From: Eledone cirrhosa
Lineage: Eukaryota
Direction of reading: 5' to 3'
DNA length: 64,000 nucleotides
NCBI GenBank assembly: GCA_964016885.1
Contig: OZ024745.1
Location: 118,172,001 to 118,236,000, forward strand
Each line of letters begins with the position of its first letter. Within the stretch, counting starts at the first letter, position 1. The notes beneath the pieces are model-generated. The model saw only the letters and a list, made by a program, of their open reading frames with translations. It was not told the origin of the DNA and did no database searches. Shown here one piece after another: positions 27,090 to 41,587 of this stretch. The translations under genes were made by a program, and so were the position numbers.

Positions 27090-29410
27090 TATAAATAATA
27101 ATAATGAAATATTGTGTACAGTGCTCAGGTGCACTACAACTCATCAAAAAGTGTATGTATAGTACATAGGGTAATGTACAAACGTCAGGAAAATGAACAG
27201 TGCATGAGTCATGATATACACATGTGCATGTGTATGGAAGGGGTAGATCAGGTGTAGTTTTGGCATATTTCGGGAAACATGAGGGTTTTAAAGCATGCAG
27301 TGTCTCGGCAGCTAACAACTGACGCAGGCAGTTTGATCCATGCTTCAGTAACTCTGAGCGTGAAAAAATATTTACGAAAGTCATGGGAGCTGTGTTTTCT
27401 GATTTTGTAGGCATGTCCACGTGTGTTAGACACATGGAGATCAAAAAGGTGCTCAGGGTTGTTGTTGGCGAGATGGTTAATAACTTTGTGGGTGTTTACC
27501 AAGTCCATTGCCAGACGTCGAAGCTTCAATGAATCCATGCCCAGGGAAGCAAGGCGTTCAGAGTATGGTAGGTGTCTGATGGAGGGTATGCGCTTGGTTG
27601 CACGTCTCTGAACAGTTTCCAGGAGGTCAATGTTCTGAGCAAGATAGGGGTTCCAGACTGATGATGCGAATTCCAAGTGTGGTCGTACCATAGCTGTATA
27701 CAGCTTTAAATAGATGGCTGGAGAGCGGCTAACAAAGGTCTTGCTGAGTGATGCCAAGACACCCTCGGCTTTCTTGACAATCTTAGAGACATGCTTTGTC
27801 CAACGTAAATCGCTGCTGACAGTAATGCCCAGGTCATGTTCACAAGAGGACTTCTTGATATCAGTGTTGTGGAGGGAGTATGTGGACGCTGGATTTTTCC
27901 TCCCAAAATGCATGGTGGTACACTTGTCCACAGCCAGCTTCAGTTGCCAGTCTGTGATCCATTGCTGCATTGTGTCCAGGTCTGATTGTAGGAAAGAGTT
28001 GTAGATTTCAGGATCAGTCCTTTTGATTTCAAGGTACAGCTTGATGTCATCTGCATATTTCAGTACCGTGGCATTCTTTAAGTTGGCATCTATGTCATTA
28101 ATATATGCCACAAACAAAAGGGGACCAAGAACAGATCCCTGTGGTACACCAAATGACATCTCATATGGTGAAGAATGCTGTCCTAGAACCGTGACTACCT
28201 CTTTTCGGCTGAGAATGAAGGATTTCAACCAGTTAAAAAGATCATCCTTCACACCCATTGCAGAGAGTTTTGCCATAAGTCTTTTGTGTGGCACAAAATT
28301 AAAAGCCTTCGCAAAGTCAAGGTAAACAACATCCACCCATGAGCCGCTGTCAGTGATCCGGGTGATGTCTTCAAGGAACTCGATAAGCTGATCACAGAGG
28401 CTGGAGTTAGGGATAAATCCAAACTGCGTGGGCCGGATGTGGCTGTGAGAGCTCCAGAAGTTCCAAAGTGTTTCTCTGACACAGGATTCCATCAGTTTGG
28501 CAATACAGCAAGTAAGACAATAGTTGACAGGTGACGTGCGGTTGTCCTTTTTGAACAGGGGAATGACACTGGCAGTTTTCCACTGCTCCGGAGTAGCACC
28601 ATTGTTGAGACAGTATTGAAAGAAGAAAGAAAGCTGGTGCAAAAGGAAGTACCCGCCACGTTTGAGAAGCAGGTATGTAACACCATCAAGACCAGGGGAG
28701 GCATAGTTGTGCTTATTCTTAAGGTGACGTCGCAACATTGCAGGTGTAAATGCCATAGTTGTTATGGAATTTGATGTTAGAGATGGTGGAGATGGTACAT
28801 TCTGGTTTTCAACAGTAAAAATACTTGCATAGCACTCAGCAATGAGTTCTGCGCATTCTTTGGGATCGTCAGTGATCTGGCTTGTGTGGGGATTGCGGAG
28901 AGGACCAACTGGAGAGTGAGGTCTCTGCTTTGAATGAACATATTTCCAGAACACCTTACTGTCAGGATTGGTTGCTATGCACTGTTCAAATTCAAGCACT
29001 GCCTTCTTTGTCACTTGCTTGATTGAGATGGTTGGAAGATTTATTCCGCTTTTTTCTGTTGGCATCTCGTTCAGCGTTCCGACGTTCTTTCCTGGCAAGT
29101 CGGACCACTGAAGTTTCCCAAATTGCACTTTTGGGGTGGTTTTTTTTCTGCTTACGTGGCACCGATGCTGCACACACTATCCATATTGAGTCCAAGATGC
29201 TCTGGAGTATAGTGTTCACATCTCCAGAGTTATATAACTCATGCGCTGTAGCTCAGCGCAGTACAAGTTCCAATCTGCTTTCTTCCAATCAAAGCAAGCA
29301 GATTGGAGATGGTTCTGGTTTTTGTTGCTACCCGCAAGAGCCAGATTGGCAATGATCATAGCATGATCAGAGTCGCCTAGAGGTTCCTCAGTAGTACAAC
29401 TGATAACCAC
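27090..29410 (-). mobile_element. CR1-clade LINE, 5'-truncated (RT domain, end of APE endonuclease)
   Basis: ORF 27248-29173: VDVVYLDFAKAF, GVPQGSVLGPLLF, KYADD, VRPHLEFASSVWNPY, NTRGH. EEPLGDSDHAMI APE remnant near 29360-29395; (att)n tail. Frameshifted 5' part and loss of the usual RPIS motif suggest it is inactive. Confidence 0.93.
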
Positions 29411-30148
29411 TTCTACTCGTTTACTTGGCACCGAGGAGATGAAACACAAAGTTGATCTCAGTACGATTCCAACCAAAAATGTAGAGAGATGTAAGTAAAT
29501 ATTACCAGACATTTTCTCCAATACTCTACTTCTGCCTTCACACTTAAGATAATAAATAAACCTTTTTACTAAATTATCCGACAGATCTCTTTTCATTCAA
29601 TTATCCCATAATACCTTTTTCCTTCTGTTACCCCATAAATCTGTTTTTCACTCAATTACTCCATTTTTTAAAAAACACATTTGGACAATGGAATATATTT
29701 GAAATGATTCAAACACTTATTGCCAAGTACAGATTGATTACTGGACAGTAAATAAATAAAACTGAAGTCATAAATTAGAGTTAGATACTAATTATTAAAA
29801 CAAAATAACAAATAGAATACAATAAAAAAGGGTAAAAAAATGCTTGTGTACTTTTTTTTTTTCAATTTTATTTTGGCATTCTGGTATTGAAATAAAGAAT
29901 GAATAACTTCTCACTCAGACAATATAGTGGTTAGTTGAATTGGCAAGAGCAAGAAGAAAGAGATGGAGAAAGATATAGTAACAGACAGATAAAAAAAAAA
30001 CCAAGAAAGCTATAGAAAGGGACATATGGATAGAGAAAAGAAGAGGGTAAGAGATGGGAGAGAGGAGGAGTGGGAAAACTATTGGTAAAAACATATGAGT
30101 ATGACAAAAAAGAGACAGATAAAGAGATGCTGATAAAGACATATAGAT

Positions 30149-30260
<112 letters not shown>

Positions 30261-31590
30261 CAGAAAGGAAATGTATAGAGGAACAATGAAAAAAAAAGGT
30301 AATGAGTGGCTGAAAAGGAATAAAATGACTGAACATGAGAAGGTGGAAGAAAGGAAGAGAAAGAAACAGGAAAAGGTGGAAAAATGATGGAGAGAGTAAA
30401 GAGACAGTAAACATGAAAATGATAAACTCCTAGGCTCGGCTTTCAACTATAAAAATGGTTAATATCTTTTATTGATTCTAAGTTGCTTGGAAGCCATTGT
30501 ACACTAGCTTCAGAAAATTCTAAGCTTAATCCACATAAAACAATTCAATGCACTTGCTTCACCCCTAATTTATTTCAATAGGCCTCACCAATCACTCTTT
30601 TACTGGTTCCTACCAGATTCTTTATAAAGATCATTGCTGAAATCTTTTTTAACAACAACAACAACAACAACAAAATCCTTTGTTCTGCAACCTACATTCC
30701 AGCAATGCTCATATATCTGGGATGGTGCTGTGATACACATATGCACACAACACACACACACCACACATAATAAATAGCCGAGACTGCATTAAGAAAACCA
30801 TTCAGTTTATTAGCAAAACCTCTTCCATCAACACACTGCAATTGTTGGCTCACAGACACAATCTGTTTTTCTCTTTCAGTAAAAAGCTTTGTCTAGAAAC
30901 AAAATTCCAGTAATGGATTTGAACACATGACTCCTGAATTGGAAATCTAATACTTTACCTACTCACCCATCTCACCATTACTATTTATAATAAAGAGTGC
31001 CTCTGAGTAGTTACTAGGCTTGCTAAAAGTAACAGCCAAATCTCTTTCAAATCATGACCTACTATCTTCAAAATACAGAATACATTTTACACAATGTAGT
31101 CATATATAGACTATGGCTAAATAAAAGGTGAGATGGGCTTTAATTATAGGTCTGCTCTACCAGTGCTGAATTACTACTATAAATATGAGCCAATGATCAC
31201 TCACCCTGCTAGAAACAGCAGCCAAGTTGTTCTCAAATCACAACATTCTCTCTTAAAGAAAGTACAGAATGGATTTACCGTGTGAAAGTAAGAGATGAAA
31301 TGATCATAGATGGAATGTCATTGATCATAGATCTGCTGATGTGGGGCTGATTTAGGGATTCAACAACAACAGCAACAATTATAATGCTATCATATCATGA
31401 AAATGACTTATGGGGTGTAGAAAATGTACATCTTTCAATAGGAAGTTCACAACTTTTCATAGAAAGTTCAAGTCTTTTCATAGGCATGGCAAGAGGAGAT
31501 AGCAGAGAATGGGTAGTAACATTATAACAAGAAATTGGTGATTTGTTATAGGCCAGAGCTAAACAACAGATCCTCTTAGTATAAGAGAGA

Positions 31591-31752
31591 AATAATTGTT
31601 TCTACTTTTGGTACTTTATTTTATCGACCCTGTAAGGATGAAAGACAAAGCTAACCTCGGCGGGATTTGAACTCAGAACATAAAGGGCCATAACTACATG
31701 CCACTAAACATGTCTAATGCTCTACTGATTCTGCTAATCCAGTAGATTGGAG
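31591..31752 (-). mobile_element. SINE family A (reverse, internally deleted)
   Basis: ggtactttattttatcgaccc..ggatgaaag..ggatttgaactcag. Confidence 0.8.
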
Positions 31753-32299
31753 AAATAATGGATAGAGAAGTGGAAGTAAAAATATAATTATCGAAGTAAT
31801 AAAAAAACAATAGAGGAGAAAAGATGACAACATGAAGTGGATGAAAAGGATGAAGGAAATGACAGTAAAGAAGATAAAGCAATACACACAACACACAAGC
31901 ATGGCTTTAGATAAAACCATTTTATTTCTATTACTCTGTAAATATGTAGATGTCAATGGGCACAGGATGAAGCTGAAGCATTTGTATAGTATGTCCCACC
32001 CACTCTCATACATCTCCCATGAGGACAAGCTGAAGCATACATCTATTGAAGCCTCATGCTGTAAAGTGGTTGTGATGGTGACATGACAAAAAGCACCCAG
32101 ATCACAATGTAAAGTGGTTATGTAGGTGTCACAACAAAAAGCACCCAGCCCATGCTGTAAAGTAGTTGTGATGGTGACATGACAAAAAGTGCCAAGACCA
32201 CACTGTAAAGTGGTCATGTGGGCCTCACGATAAAAAGCTATCGTATAGAATCTTCAAGCATGAGCACACCATTGTTTACATCAAATTAAGGAATATGTG

Positions 32300-34560
32300 A
32301 TCCTTGTTATTAAGTGTTCCTAGTTTTCCACCAGACAGTATAACTAAGAATCAAATAGACTTTATAATAGCAAGAAAATCTTCAGCAAGACTAAGCATAT
32401 TAGACAGCACTGCTCTTAACACTTCTGATATATCTGACTATCGTATGGTGTGAACAAGATTTTGCATCAACTTTGTTTGGCCACAAAGAACTAAAATACC
32501 ATCGAAAGTTAACTTAGACAAACTCTCATGTAACGAAACAGCAAGTCGATTCAAACTCGAGTTGCAAAACCGCTTTTCAGCTTTGCAATCTGATGAAGAC
32601 TCCGACAATATTTATGATACTATCTGCAGAGGCATAAAAGAGGTATCTACAGAGATATTACTTAAGGAAAACCTTTCCATCTCACAATGGATGTCACAAC
32701 AAACAAAAAAAGCAATATCTGAAAAACATAGAATTAGAAGAGAATGTGGCCACACATCAGCCCAATATAGAATAGCAAACACTCGTTAAATCAGACAAAC
32801 TTAAGCAAATGTACAACATTGAGGAGCTCAATAACCTACCACCCAACAGGTTACATCATGGTGTTCTGAAGAAACTAAAGACTAAACCAAGAAATCTTAG
32901 CTGGAGCATTAAAGATTCAAATGATACTATGCTTACTTCTTAAGATGATATCCTTGAACGCTGGGCTAAATGCTATGAAGAACTCTACTTCAGCAACTCA
33001 GAATCAACAACCATTCATGATTCGACATCAGATGCCATTCCATCTATCTTATCTAGCGAGATATCTCATGCCATCAAAATTTGAAGCAAGGAAACAGCCC
33101 TGGACTGGACAACATATACTCAGAATTCATCAAAGTTGGAGGGGAAGCAATTATCAAAGCACTTCAACATCTTTTGAACTGTATTATCACTACAAGAAAA
33201 AGCCTAGACATGTTCAAGAAAACATTGATGGTTGTACTCTACAAAAAAATGTAGCAGACTTGATTGTGGGAACTATCGCACTATCAGCCTATTGAGTCGC
33301 GTTTACAAGCTTTTCATGAGTATTATTGCAGCATGAGTAAAGTCAGACCTTTACGCCTCATTTCCTGAAACACAAGCTGCGTATCAAGCTGGAAGAGGCA
33401 CCATTGAGCAGATCCTAGCTATTGAACAAATCATTGAGAAATCAATAGAATTCAACAACCATGTGCACATCACTTTCATTGACTTCACATAAGCTTTTGA
33501 CAACGTGAAACTATCCAGCTTGTGGCAACTCTTAAACAAAAAATACATCGATCTACTGAAAGAAACTTACACCAACTCATCATCATCATCATCATCATTT
33601 TATAGCCACTTTTCCCTGCTTGCAAACAGATTTGGGAACTACACGGTGTATAGACATCTTGATGGGAGTTAAGCAGGGGGATGTACTATGAGCACTTCTT
33701 TTCTGTATAGTTATAGCTGTACTTATCTACCAAACTGAAGAAAAATGCTCCTCTGGCTATCAAATAGGAGGTAAAATCCTATCAAATCTTAGCCATGCAG
33801 ACGATCTGGCTATCATGAGTTACTCTAGAACTGATATGAAAGACTTTCTGAATGTACTGGCCAAACATTCGCTGGAGGCTGGCTTACACATCAACATCTC
33901 CAAAACAAAATGTATGACAACTGATAAAAACAATGCCAATCTTTAACTCACAATCTACAACCAGCAAATTGCTCAAGTTACAGAGTTTGTATATCTCGGT
34001 CACATTGGAATGGTTGCTGCGCAATATCAAATCGCTCTAGGTTGGGCAGCTTTCAACAAGAACACGGAAGTACTAACATCAAAATGAGTTTCCTATCATT
34101 TAAAGGCTAAGGTCTTTGATACTTACATCCAACCAGTTGTGTTATATGGTCTTGACTGTGTTAATTGGATGACAAGGTCACTTCAGATGCTCTCTATATT
34201 CCAGAACCACATCATGAGACATATAGTTGGCAAGCAGTTCAGCGACTGTATCTGTATCAGTGAGCTGCTCAACATTACCAAACTTAGACTAATTACATCA
34301 ATTGTCAAGTCAAGAGTACTCAAACTATACAGCCATATAGACAGATCAACTCATGGTGTGAGTAGGTTATGCCTGGAAGGAAGGTTGGCTAGTAAGAGAA
34401 GCAGAGGCCGGCAGCCAAAACGATGGCTTGACAATGTCAACTTATGGACTGGACTTGATCTTTGCTCTTTGAACTCTGCTGCTGGTGATCGAACTTTGTG
34501 GAGAAAAATATCTCATGTTGATGTACAGTCTGCAACTGGCAGAGTTTAGCGTCAAAGTAG
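32300..34560 (+). mobile_element. Degraded RTE-clade LINE (RT pseudogene)
   Basis: Fragmented frames give ELQNRFSAL, KSPGLD-like, NYRTISLLS, FIDFT*AFDNV, GVKQGDVL, HADDLAI, RSRGRQPKRWLDNV; many stops and frameshifts. Confidence 0.9.
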
Positions 34561-35729
34561 TAGTTTGCCTTAGGTGTTCACCAACTATCTTGTCATCATC
34601 ATCATCATCATCATTTAATATTCTCACTGCTAGCAAGGGTTGGACTTGTGTGAAGAACCTGACAGCCTCTCTAGTGTTGGTGTCATGATAAAATGCACTC
34701 AGTACACTATGCAATGGGGTTGGTGACATTACATTACCAGGGATTCTAGCTATAGAAAAGATGTGAAACGAGAGGACTCCTCAGTTGTGTCAGAGACCTG
34801 CCAACCTCCTTAGTGTTGGTGCCATGAGAGAGAGGGAGAGAGAGAGATGTGGACCTCTCGGACTATCTGAGAGGTCAGTAGTTTCAATTAAGTACTGACT
34901 TCGCCTGTGATGACCCATCCAACCCTTACTTAGTCGGTACAATGTATGTTAATGATGATGTTTACTTTCTAAGTGTGGCCCTCCATCAGTCAAACCCCCC
35001 TACTGCTTCAAATAAGAACCTTTTATAATTTGCTTCTGTTTTTCTCTGTAACTATGTAGACATGTAAATGTCAGTATTAGCTATTGCCACAATCTATATA
35101 TAAATTTCTGCGATTCTGCCACAATACATAAAGTGAGGGGAGTATGTTGACTACCTCATACTATTCCTCTCTCTTTACGCCTGTTGCCTGCGTGAATGCA
35201 TGTGTATCTAAAAGGAAGGAAGGGTATGGTGAACTAACTGCGCTGTGTGTGATTGTATGTGTATGTGTTTGTTTATGTAAATGTATGTGTGTGTGTTCGT
35301 TTGAATGTATGTCTGTGAGTGTGTATTTTTGTAAGTGTGTCTGTATTTGCATGTTTATATTTAAATACTCATACATATAAATGTATGCACATATGTACAT
35401 GTACACATACACACACATATATACATACATATATGTGTCAGCATATAGAAAACAATTATGTTATTGTAAATTCACCAAATTAATTGCTAGTTTAAATTCC
35501 CTTAAGAAAAGAACATGGCTGTCATCCCCCCTGCCCAATGTATATTTGAATATAAATGTATGTGCACATTGCAGTGTTGTCTACGTCCATCTGTAATTAC
35601 AACATCTTATCTAGAACTCAGGCCTATGGATGCACATAACTAAACATTCTCTTCTCTTTCAGATTGTGATTGGTAATAGTGGCAATGGTGATAACCATGA
35701 TAATAACCCATTACGTGATAATATCTCAC

Positions 35730-35875
35730 AATGTATAAGAGGGATAAACTGTAGTGTGCAGGAGAGAAGATTGCGCTGGTATGGACATGTGATACGCATG
35801 GAGATTGACTGCTGGGTAAAGAAGTGCCATGAAATCCCAGTGGAAGGAAGACACAGTAGAGGAAGACCACGAAAA
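35730..35875 (+). mobile_element. RTE LINE fragment
   Basis: VQERRLRWYGHVIRMEIDCWVKKC...RGRPRK. Confidence 0.8.
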
Positions 35876-35884
35876 TCACGGTGT

Positions 35885-36275
35885 CATAGGTGGTGGAGAT
35901 GGTACACTCTGGTCTTCAATAGTGAAAATGCCTGCATAGCATTCAGCAATGAACTCTGCACATTCCTTGGGGTCGTCAGTAACCTGGCTTGTGTGGGGAT
36001 TGTGAAGAGGACCAACTGGAGAGTGAGGCCTCTGCTTTGAGTGAACATACTTCCAGAACACCTTACTGTCAGGGCTGGTTGCTATGCGCTGCTCAAATTG
36101 AAGCACTGCTTTTTTTGTCACCTGTTTGAGGTGGTTGGACGATCTATTTCGCCTCTTCCTATTAATGTCTGATTTGTGAAGTTTGTACTCACGTTCAGCA
36201 TTGCGCCGTTCTTTTCTGGCAAGACGGACTGCTGCAGTCTCCCAAATTGCACTTTTGGGATGTTTTTTCCGCTTA
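35885..36275 (-). mobile_element. CR1 LINE internal fragment (same family as 27090-29410)
   Basis: IATSPDSKVFWKYVHSKQRPHSPVGPL matches the 641-aa ORF. Confidence 0.9.
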
Positions 36276-36422
36276 CATCTACTTTTCCATGTTGGCATGG
36301 ATTGGACAGGATATTTTGAGACAATGTTTTACAACTGGGTGTTCTTCCTGATGCCAATCCTTTTAGTGGCATGCAAAGTTATGCTGTACCTATTCTAAAA
36401 TCTCGAATACACATGGCATTAT

Positions 36423-36745
36423 ATATGAGGGTGCTTCAAAAGTTTTGTGGAAAAGGGAGAGTTGGAAACAATGGTTTAAGTTATGATGTTTATTTTTCAA
36501 TATATACTCTATCCAGGACAATACACTTCTGCAAGACTTGATACCAGCCTTCAAGTCCATCTGTGTAAAACTGGGCGCCATGCGATTTAAACCATTTCAA
36601 AGCAACTTTTTTTAACATCTTCAACTGGGGATCATCTTCAGACTCATCTCTTCCACTTCTAAAATGACTTATCCATTTGTAGGTTGTTGATTTCTTTAGA
36701 GCATTGTCCCCAGAATCTTGCTCCAGAGCACAACACACAACTATG
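36423..36745 (-). mobile_element. mariner-like deletion derivative
   Basis: HTH part (GDNALKKSTTYKWISHFRSGRDESEDDP) fused to the C-terminus (FYTDGL...QKCIVLDRVYIEK); TIR-like tatgagggtgcttcaaaaagt end. Confidence 0.8.
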
Positions 36746-36969
36746 ACAAATCTTAGAATGCTGGTCTTCTATAGTTCCCTCCCCCCATCCTCAGTCATCT
36801 CTAGTGTGTGACGGACAAGTACACAAAGCTATTATATTAGTAAATGATGCAAGCTCTGGTATGAATCTCCTATAAACTAGCTGACCCTGTGGAACTTTCA
36901 TAGTTTAATTAGAAACAACCATCATGTATTAAAGATCAATAAGGCATTTAATTGTTTCATATATATATA

Positions 36970-37248
36970 TATTGTTATATTTGGGGAGGGTCATATTGTT
37001 ATAATATTGCCAGAAATAATAATAAAACATACTGTATGGTTTGGGTTGGTTTTCGCTTCTGTATCTTTTATATCTCCATTTATTTTAACCGTTGGTCAAT
37101 CAATGATAAACATTGATTGCTAGATAAATTAACAGTGTTTTGTTATTATTTCTGGCAATATTATAACAATAGGACCCTCCCCAAATATAACAATATTTGT
37201 TTCCACACACGATTTCATATAAAAAAACCTTGCAAAACAAATATATAC

Positions 37249-37298
<50 letters not shown>

Positions 37299-37611
37299 AT
37301 AATAATAAATTTGAAGACTAAAATCCAAAGAGGGCTCGATAAGGATAAATATGTATAAAATATATAAGAACCGTAGAGCAAATATTTATTAAAATAACAG
37401 ATTAAAGTTTAAGCAAAGAATCGCTGCTTTCACCCTTAACGGGATCTTCTGAAACTATTTGGAGAGGGTCATGTTGTTATAATATTGCCAGAAATAATAA
37501 CAAAACACACTCACTGTTAATTTATCTAGCAATCAGAGTTTCAGAAGATCCCGTTAAGGGTGAAAGCAGCGATTCTTTGGCTAAACTTTAATCTGTTATT
37601 TTAATAAATAT
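36970..37611. repeat. Cluster of interleaved fold-back elements in (TA)n
   Basis: IR 36970-37029 / 37136-37196; IR 37382-37456 / 37537-37611, whose loop is another copy of the first arm. Arm sequence also occurs at 25238-25302 and about 53770-53840. Confidence 0.85.
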
Positions 37612-37713
37612 ATATATAGTAAAAATAAAAGCTTTCACTGCATTTTTGACTAAAGAAATTTTAGCCTAATAGTGGAGTTTAAAACCCTCTAAAAAATGGA
37701 AAAAGATGAGTAT

Positions 37714-37790
37714 TGATGTACGTACATGGGAGTTGAACCCACATCTTTAGTTATCCAAACCACTATGCTACCATTACACCTACACATCAC
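37714..37790 (-). pseudogene. tRNA-like sequence enclosed by about 36-bp inverted repeats
   Basis: Minus strand has A-box TAGGTGTAATGG and T-arm GTGGG-TTCAACT-CCCAT; stems imperfect; IR arms 37661-37697 / 37795-37831. Confidence 0.5.
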
Positions 37791-38050
37791 AGATATTTTT
37801 TAGAGGGTTTTAAACCCCACTACTAGGCTAACATTTTTTCTATTGCTACTAAATTTCAAACTTCGCTTGCTGTTCAAAACAAGCTTACTTTACATATATA
37901 TATTTATATACATATATATATACACATACATATATATATTATTGTTTTCTCTCCAAAATCACTGACTGAATATACCTGTGTTTTTTTTCTGAAAACATTT
38001 ATTTCCGGTCCTTCCTCTATCTTTCTATTTCATCTTTTACTTCTCATTCT

Positions 38051-38264
38051 GTCACCGTGCCAGCAATGAAATCATATCCGCTCTCTTGCTCTGGAACCCT
38101 GACTCCAGCCTGACTAGGAGTAGGAAGCTGTCATTCCCCGACGTTATCTCTAGGGATACGGGAATCAGCAGACAGGACCTGGGGGCAGCGATGGGGGACG
38201 GGGGATTCTGGGGCATGAGTGTGAGATCCATCATCTCGACAGTAGTCGACGAGTGATGATGATG
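38051..38264 (+). mobile_element. 5'-truncated RTE LINE with 12-bp TSD
   Basis: Translates HRASNEIISALLLWNPD...RKLSFPDVISRDTGI...STVVDE*; (tga)n tail; TSD acttctcattct on both sides. Confidence 0.88.
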
Positions 38265-38725
38265 ACTTCTCATTCTATCTTTTGATGAAGGACTAGTGTC
38301 CGAAATGTTAAGACTCTTTTCCAACTCTATCAAACGTTAAACTAATATATTCCTTCATTGTACTGTGCTGTTTGCTTTGTTGTTTCCGTTTACTTTTTTA
38401 ACACACACACACATACATATACAAATAATATATTAACAAATGACTGAAATTCTCAATTTGGAATTTTTTTTCCTCATTTATAATTTGACAAACAATCTTT
38501 TCTATACAGAATAAGATTTAAAAAAGAAAATGTTGACACCATCATTGCCACCATCACTCTCTCTCTCTCACACTCTTACTCTCTTCTTTTTATAGCGTAA
38601 CTGAAGTAATTTTCTTTTTAGTTTCTCTCTCTCTCTCTCTCTCTCTCTCACAGACACATTTACCACCCGCTTTCTATAAAGATGTAAAATTAAAAATAAT
38701 AAAACATTTCAGCATTTGTTGCTAC

Positions 38726-39060
38726 TGTCACCACCCTCACCACGCCCCCAGCAGCAGCAGTACCATCACCACCACCACCACTACTACGACAACCACCATC
38801 ACCACTACTACCACTACCACAACAACTACTACTACCATCACCACCACCACCACTACTACTACCACCACCACAACTACCAGCACCACCACCACCACAACTA
38901 CTACTACCAGCACCATTACCAGCACAACTACCAGCACCAGCACCACCACCACAACTACTACTAGCATCATCACCATCACCACCACCACTACCATCACCAT
39001 TACCAGCACCACCACCACTACTACTACCATCACCATCATCACCGCCACCACCACCACCAG
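38726..39060. repeat. (CAC/TAC/CAG)n compound trinucleotide repeat
   Basis: Direct inspection; source of poly-G/H/V ORFs. Confidence 0.95.
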
Positions 39061-39489
39061 CCTTTCTCTCTCTCTCTCTATTACCACCCCTTTTCCATAA
39101 CATAACAGATATTTTGACACTGCACATAATCTATTATTAGCATTTTAATATAACAGAAAGATGAGTTGAGCTACAAAAATAAAGTGTCTTGCTCAGCTGC
39201 ACAACGCAGTGTCAATGGAGGACAGAGATATGATCCATGTATCAGTTATTCAATACTTTATCCACTCAGCAAAATATGAAATTTAGCAAATCAACAATGA
39301 AATGGGGACAATAAATTCTATATATCTCAGTATAAGAACTGAAAGATGAAACAATTAAGGTTAATGGTGCTTCAAGTTATGCATGGTTTCCTGTATATCT
39401 GAGAAACACAAACACTGACATATAAACATCACTGAACCAACTCTTTTGATGTGCCATACAAAATCTACATAGTTGTGGCTGCCTATACA

Positions 39490-40025
<536 letters not shown>

Positions 40026-41587
40026 ATGAAGCGTGGAAGATGGACATTAAACGATGATGATGATATACATATATATATATTATATTATAAATATATTCCA
40101 ACCCTTTCTAAAAGGGAAAAAAATGTTAAATGATATTAATGATAAATAAATATATATATGTGTGTGAGTGTGTGTGAATAAAATATATATTAAAAGCAAT
40201 ATAATCTTTTTAAGAACAAAGGAAAACATCTGAAAAATCAATATAATTCTTGATATAGAATGGTGAATTCAAAAGAACTGTTGGTAACAGAGACCTCAAA
40301 ATTCATCTTAGTTAACTATTGACAAGATTTGAAAATGACCAAAGCCACTGTTGAATTTATCCTGATCTACAACTATGTCTGTGTAAAAATATTTAAAACA
40401 AATAACCACTTTAGATAATCCATTTCTCATGTCAACTTAACAAAATGTCACATCATAAAAATGATTGGTCCAAACATTTTGTATTTGTTTTACAGATACA
40501 CAAACAATTCAAGTGACAGATGATGATCAGTGGGTGAAGAAGTGCCAGGAAATCCTAGTGGAAGGAAGCTGCAGTAGAGGTAGACCAAGGAAGACCTAAA
40601 TTTGATAATCTATGACACTGATATTTATTTCAGTTCTCTATTCAGGTATATAAGGCAGCGAATTGGCAGAGTTGTTAAGACATTGGATAGAATGCTTTAA
40701 AGTATTTGTCCCACTTCATTGCGCTCTCTGAGTTCAAATCCTGCCATGGTCAACTGTGCCTTTCATTTTTTTGAGGTTGATAAAAAAAAGTACCAGTCCA
40801 GTATTGGGGTTGATTGTTTCTCTATAGAAAAAAAATCAGCTGTGTTCAGATCTGGAGAGGGTTGCGCTCCGTCAGGTTTAAAAGTGCCCTAGACATGCCT
40901 CTACGACTCCACAAGGAGTTATGGGATCTTTATCCTTTTATTCAGATATACCTATGTGTCAATAAAGAAAGAGTGATTAAGAGCTTTCACCTTGGCCCTA
41001 AATTAACTATTATGTAGGTTGCCAAGAAAACAGAATACTCAATTCTATCATTCCTAAATATATATATATGTTTACTGATTAAATTAATGCTTTTAAAAAT
41101 AAGGTAGTAGTTGACATTTTAAATTTCTCCCCAAATTTAATATTATTAATGACAGGAATGGCGTGACAATACAACAAAAATAAATGAACAGAATTTTATT
41201 AGTGAGACGTCATTTCCTGACTTGTCTAGACGGGCAGGAAATCTGAATAAGACCTGAGTTGGACAGACCTATACCAGGAAATCTGAATAAGACCTGAGTT
41301 GGACAGATCTATATGAAAACATAAAATGATGATCATCATGATAATGATGATAAGATAAGATAAGATTTACTTTTATAAATAAGTCATATTAATCTGTAAA
41401 CATCTGAAAATACAATGCCATTATAGAATGGTAAGAACATCAATCATGTCCCAAACTTACATTATAGCAGATTGAATTAACAGATAGATTGACACTTGTA
41501 GAGTAAGTGTTCTGTTACTCAAGTGGCACTCTGTCTAATAGTCAAGACATTTTAGTCTAAAATAATCTGGATCTCTTGGTTGTAAAT

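Noticed and set aside
38052-38333. Minus-strand ORF (MRSHHHH...) as the receptor's first coding exon
   Set aside because: It is the antisense of an RTE fragment bounded by a TSD.
38690-39127. Gly-rich and His-rich ORFs
   Set aside because: Trinucleotide repeat translations.
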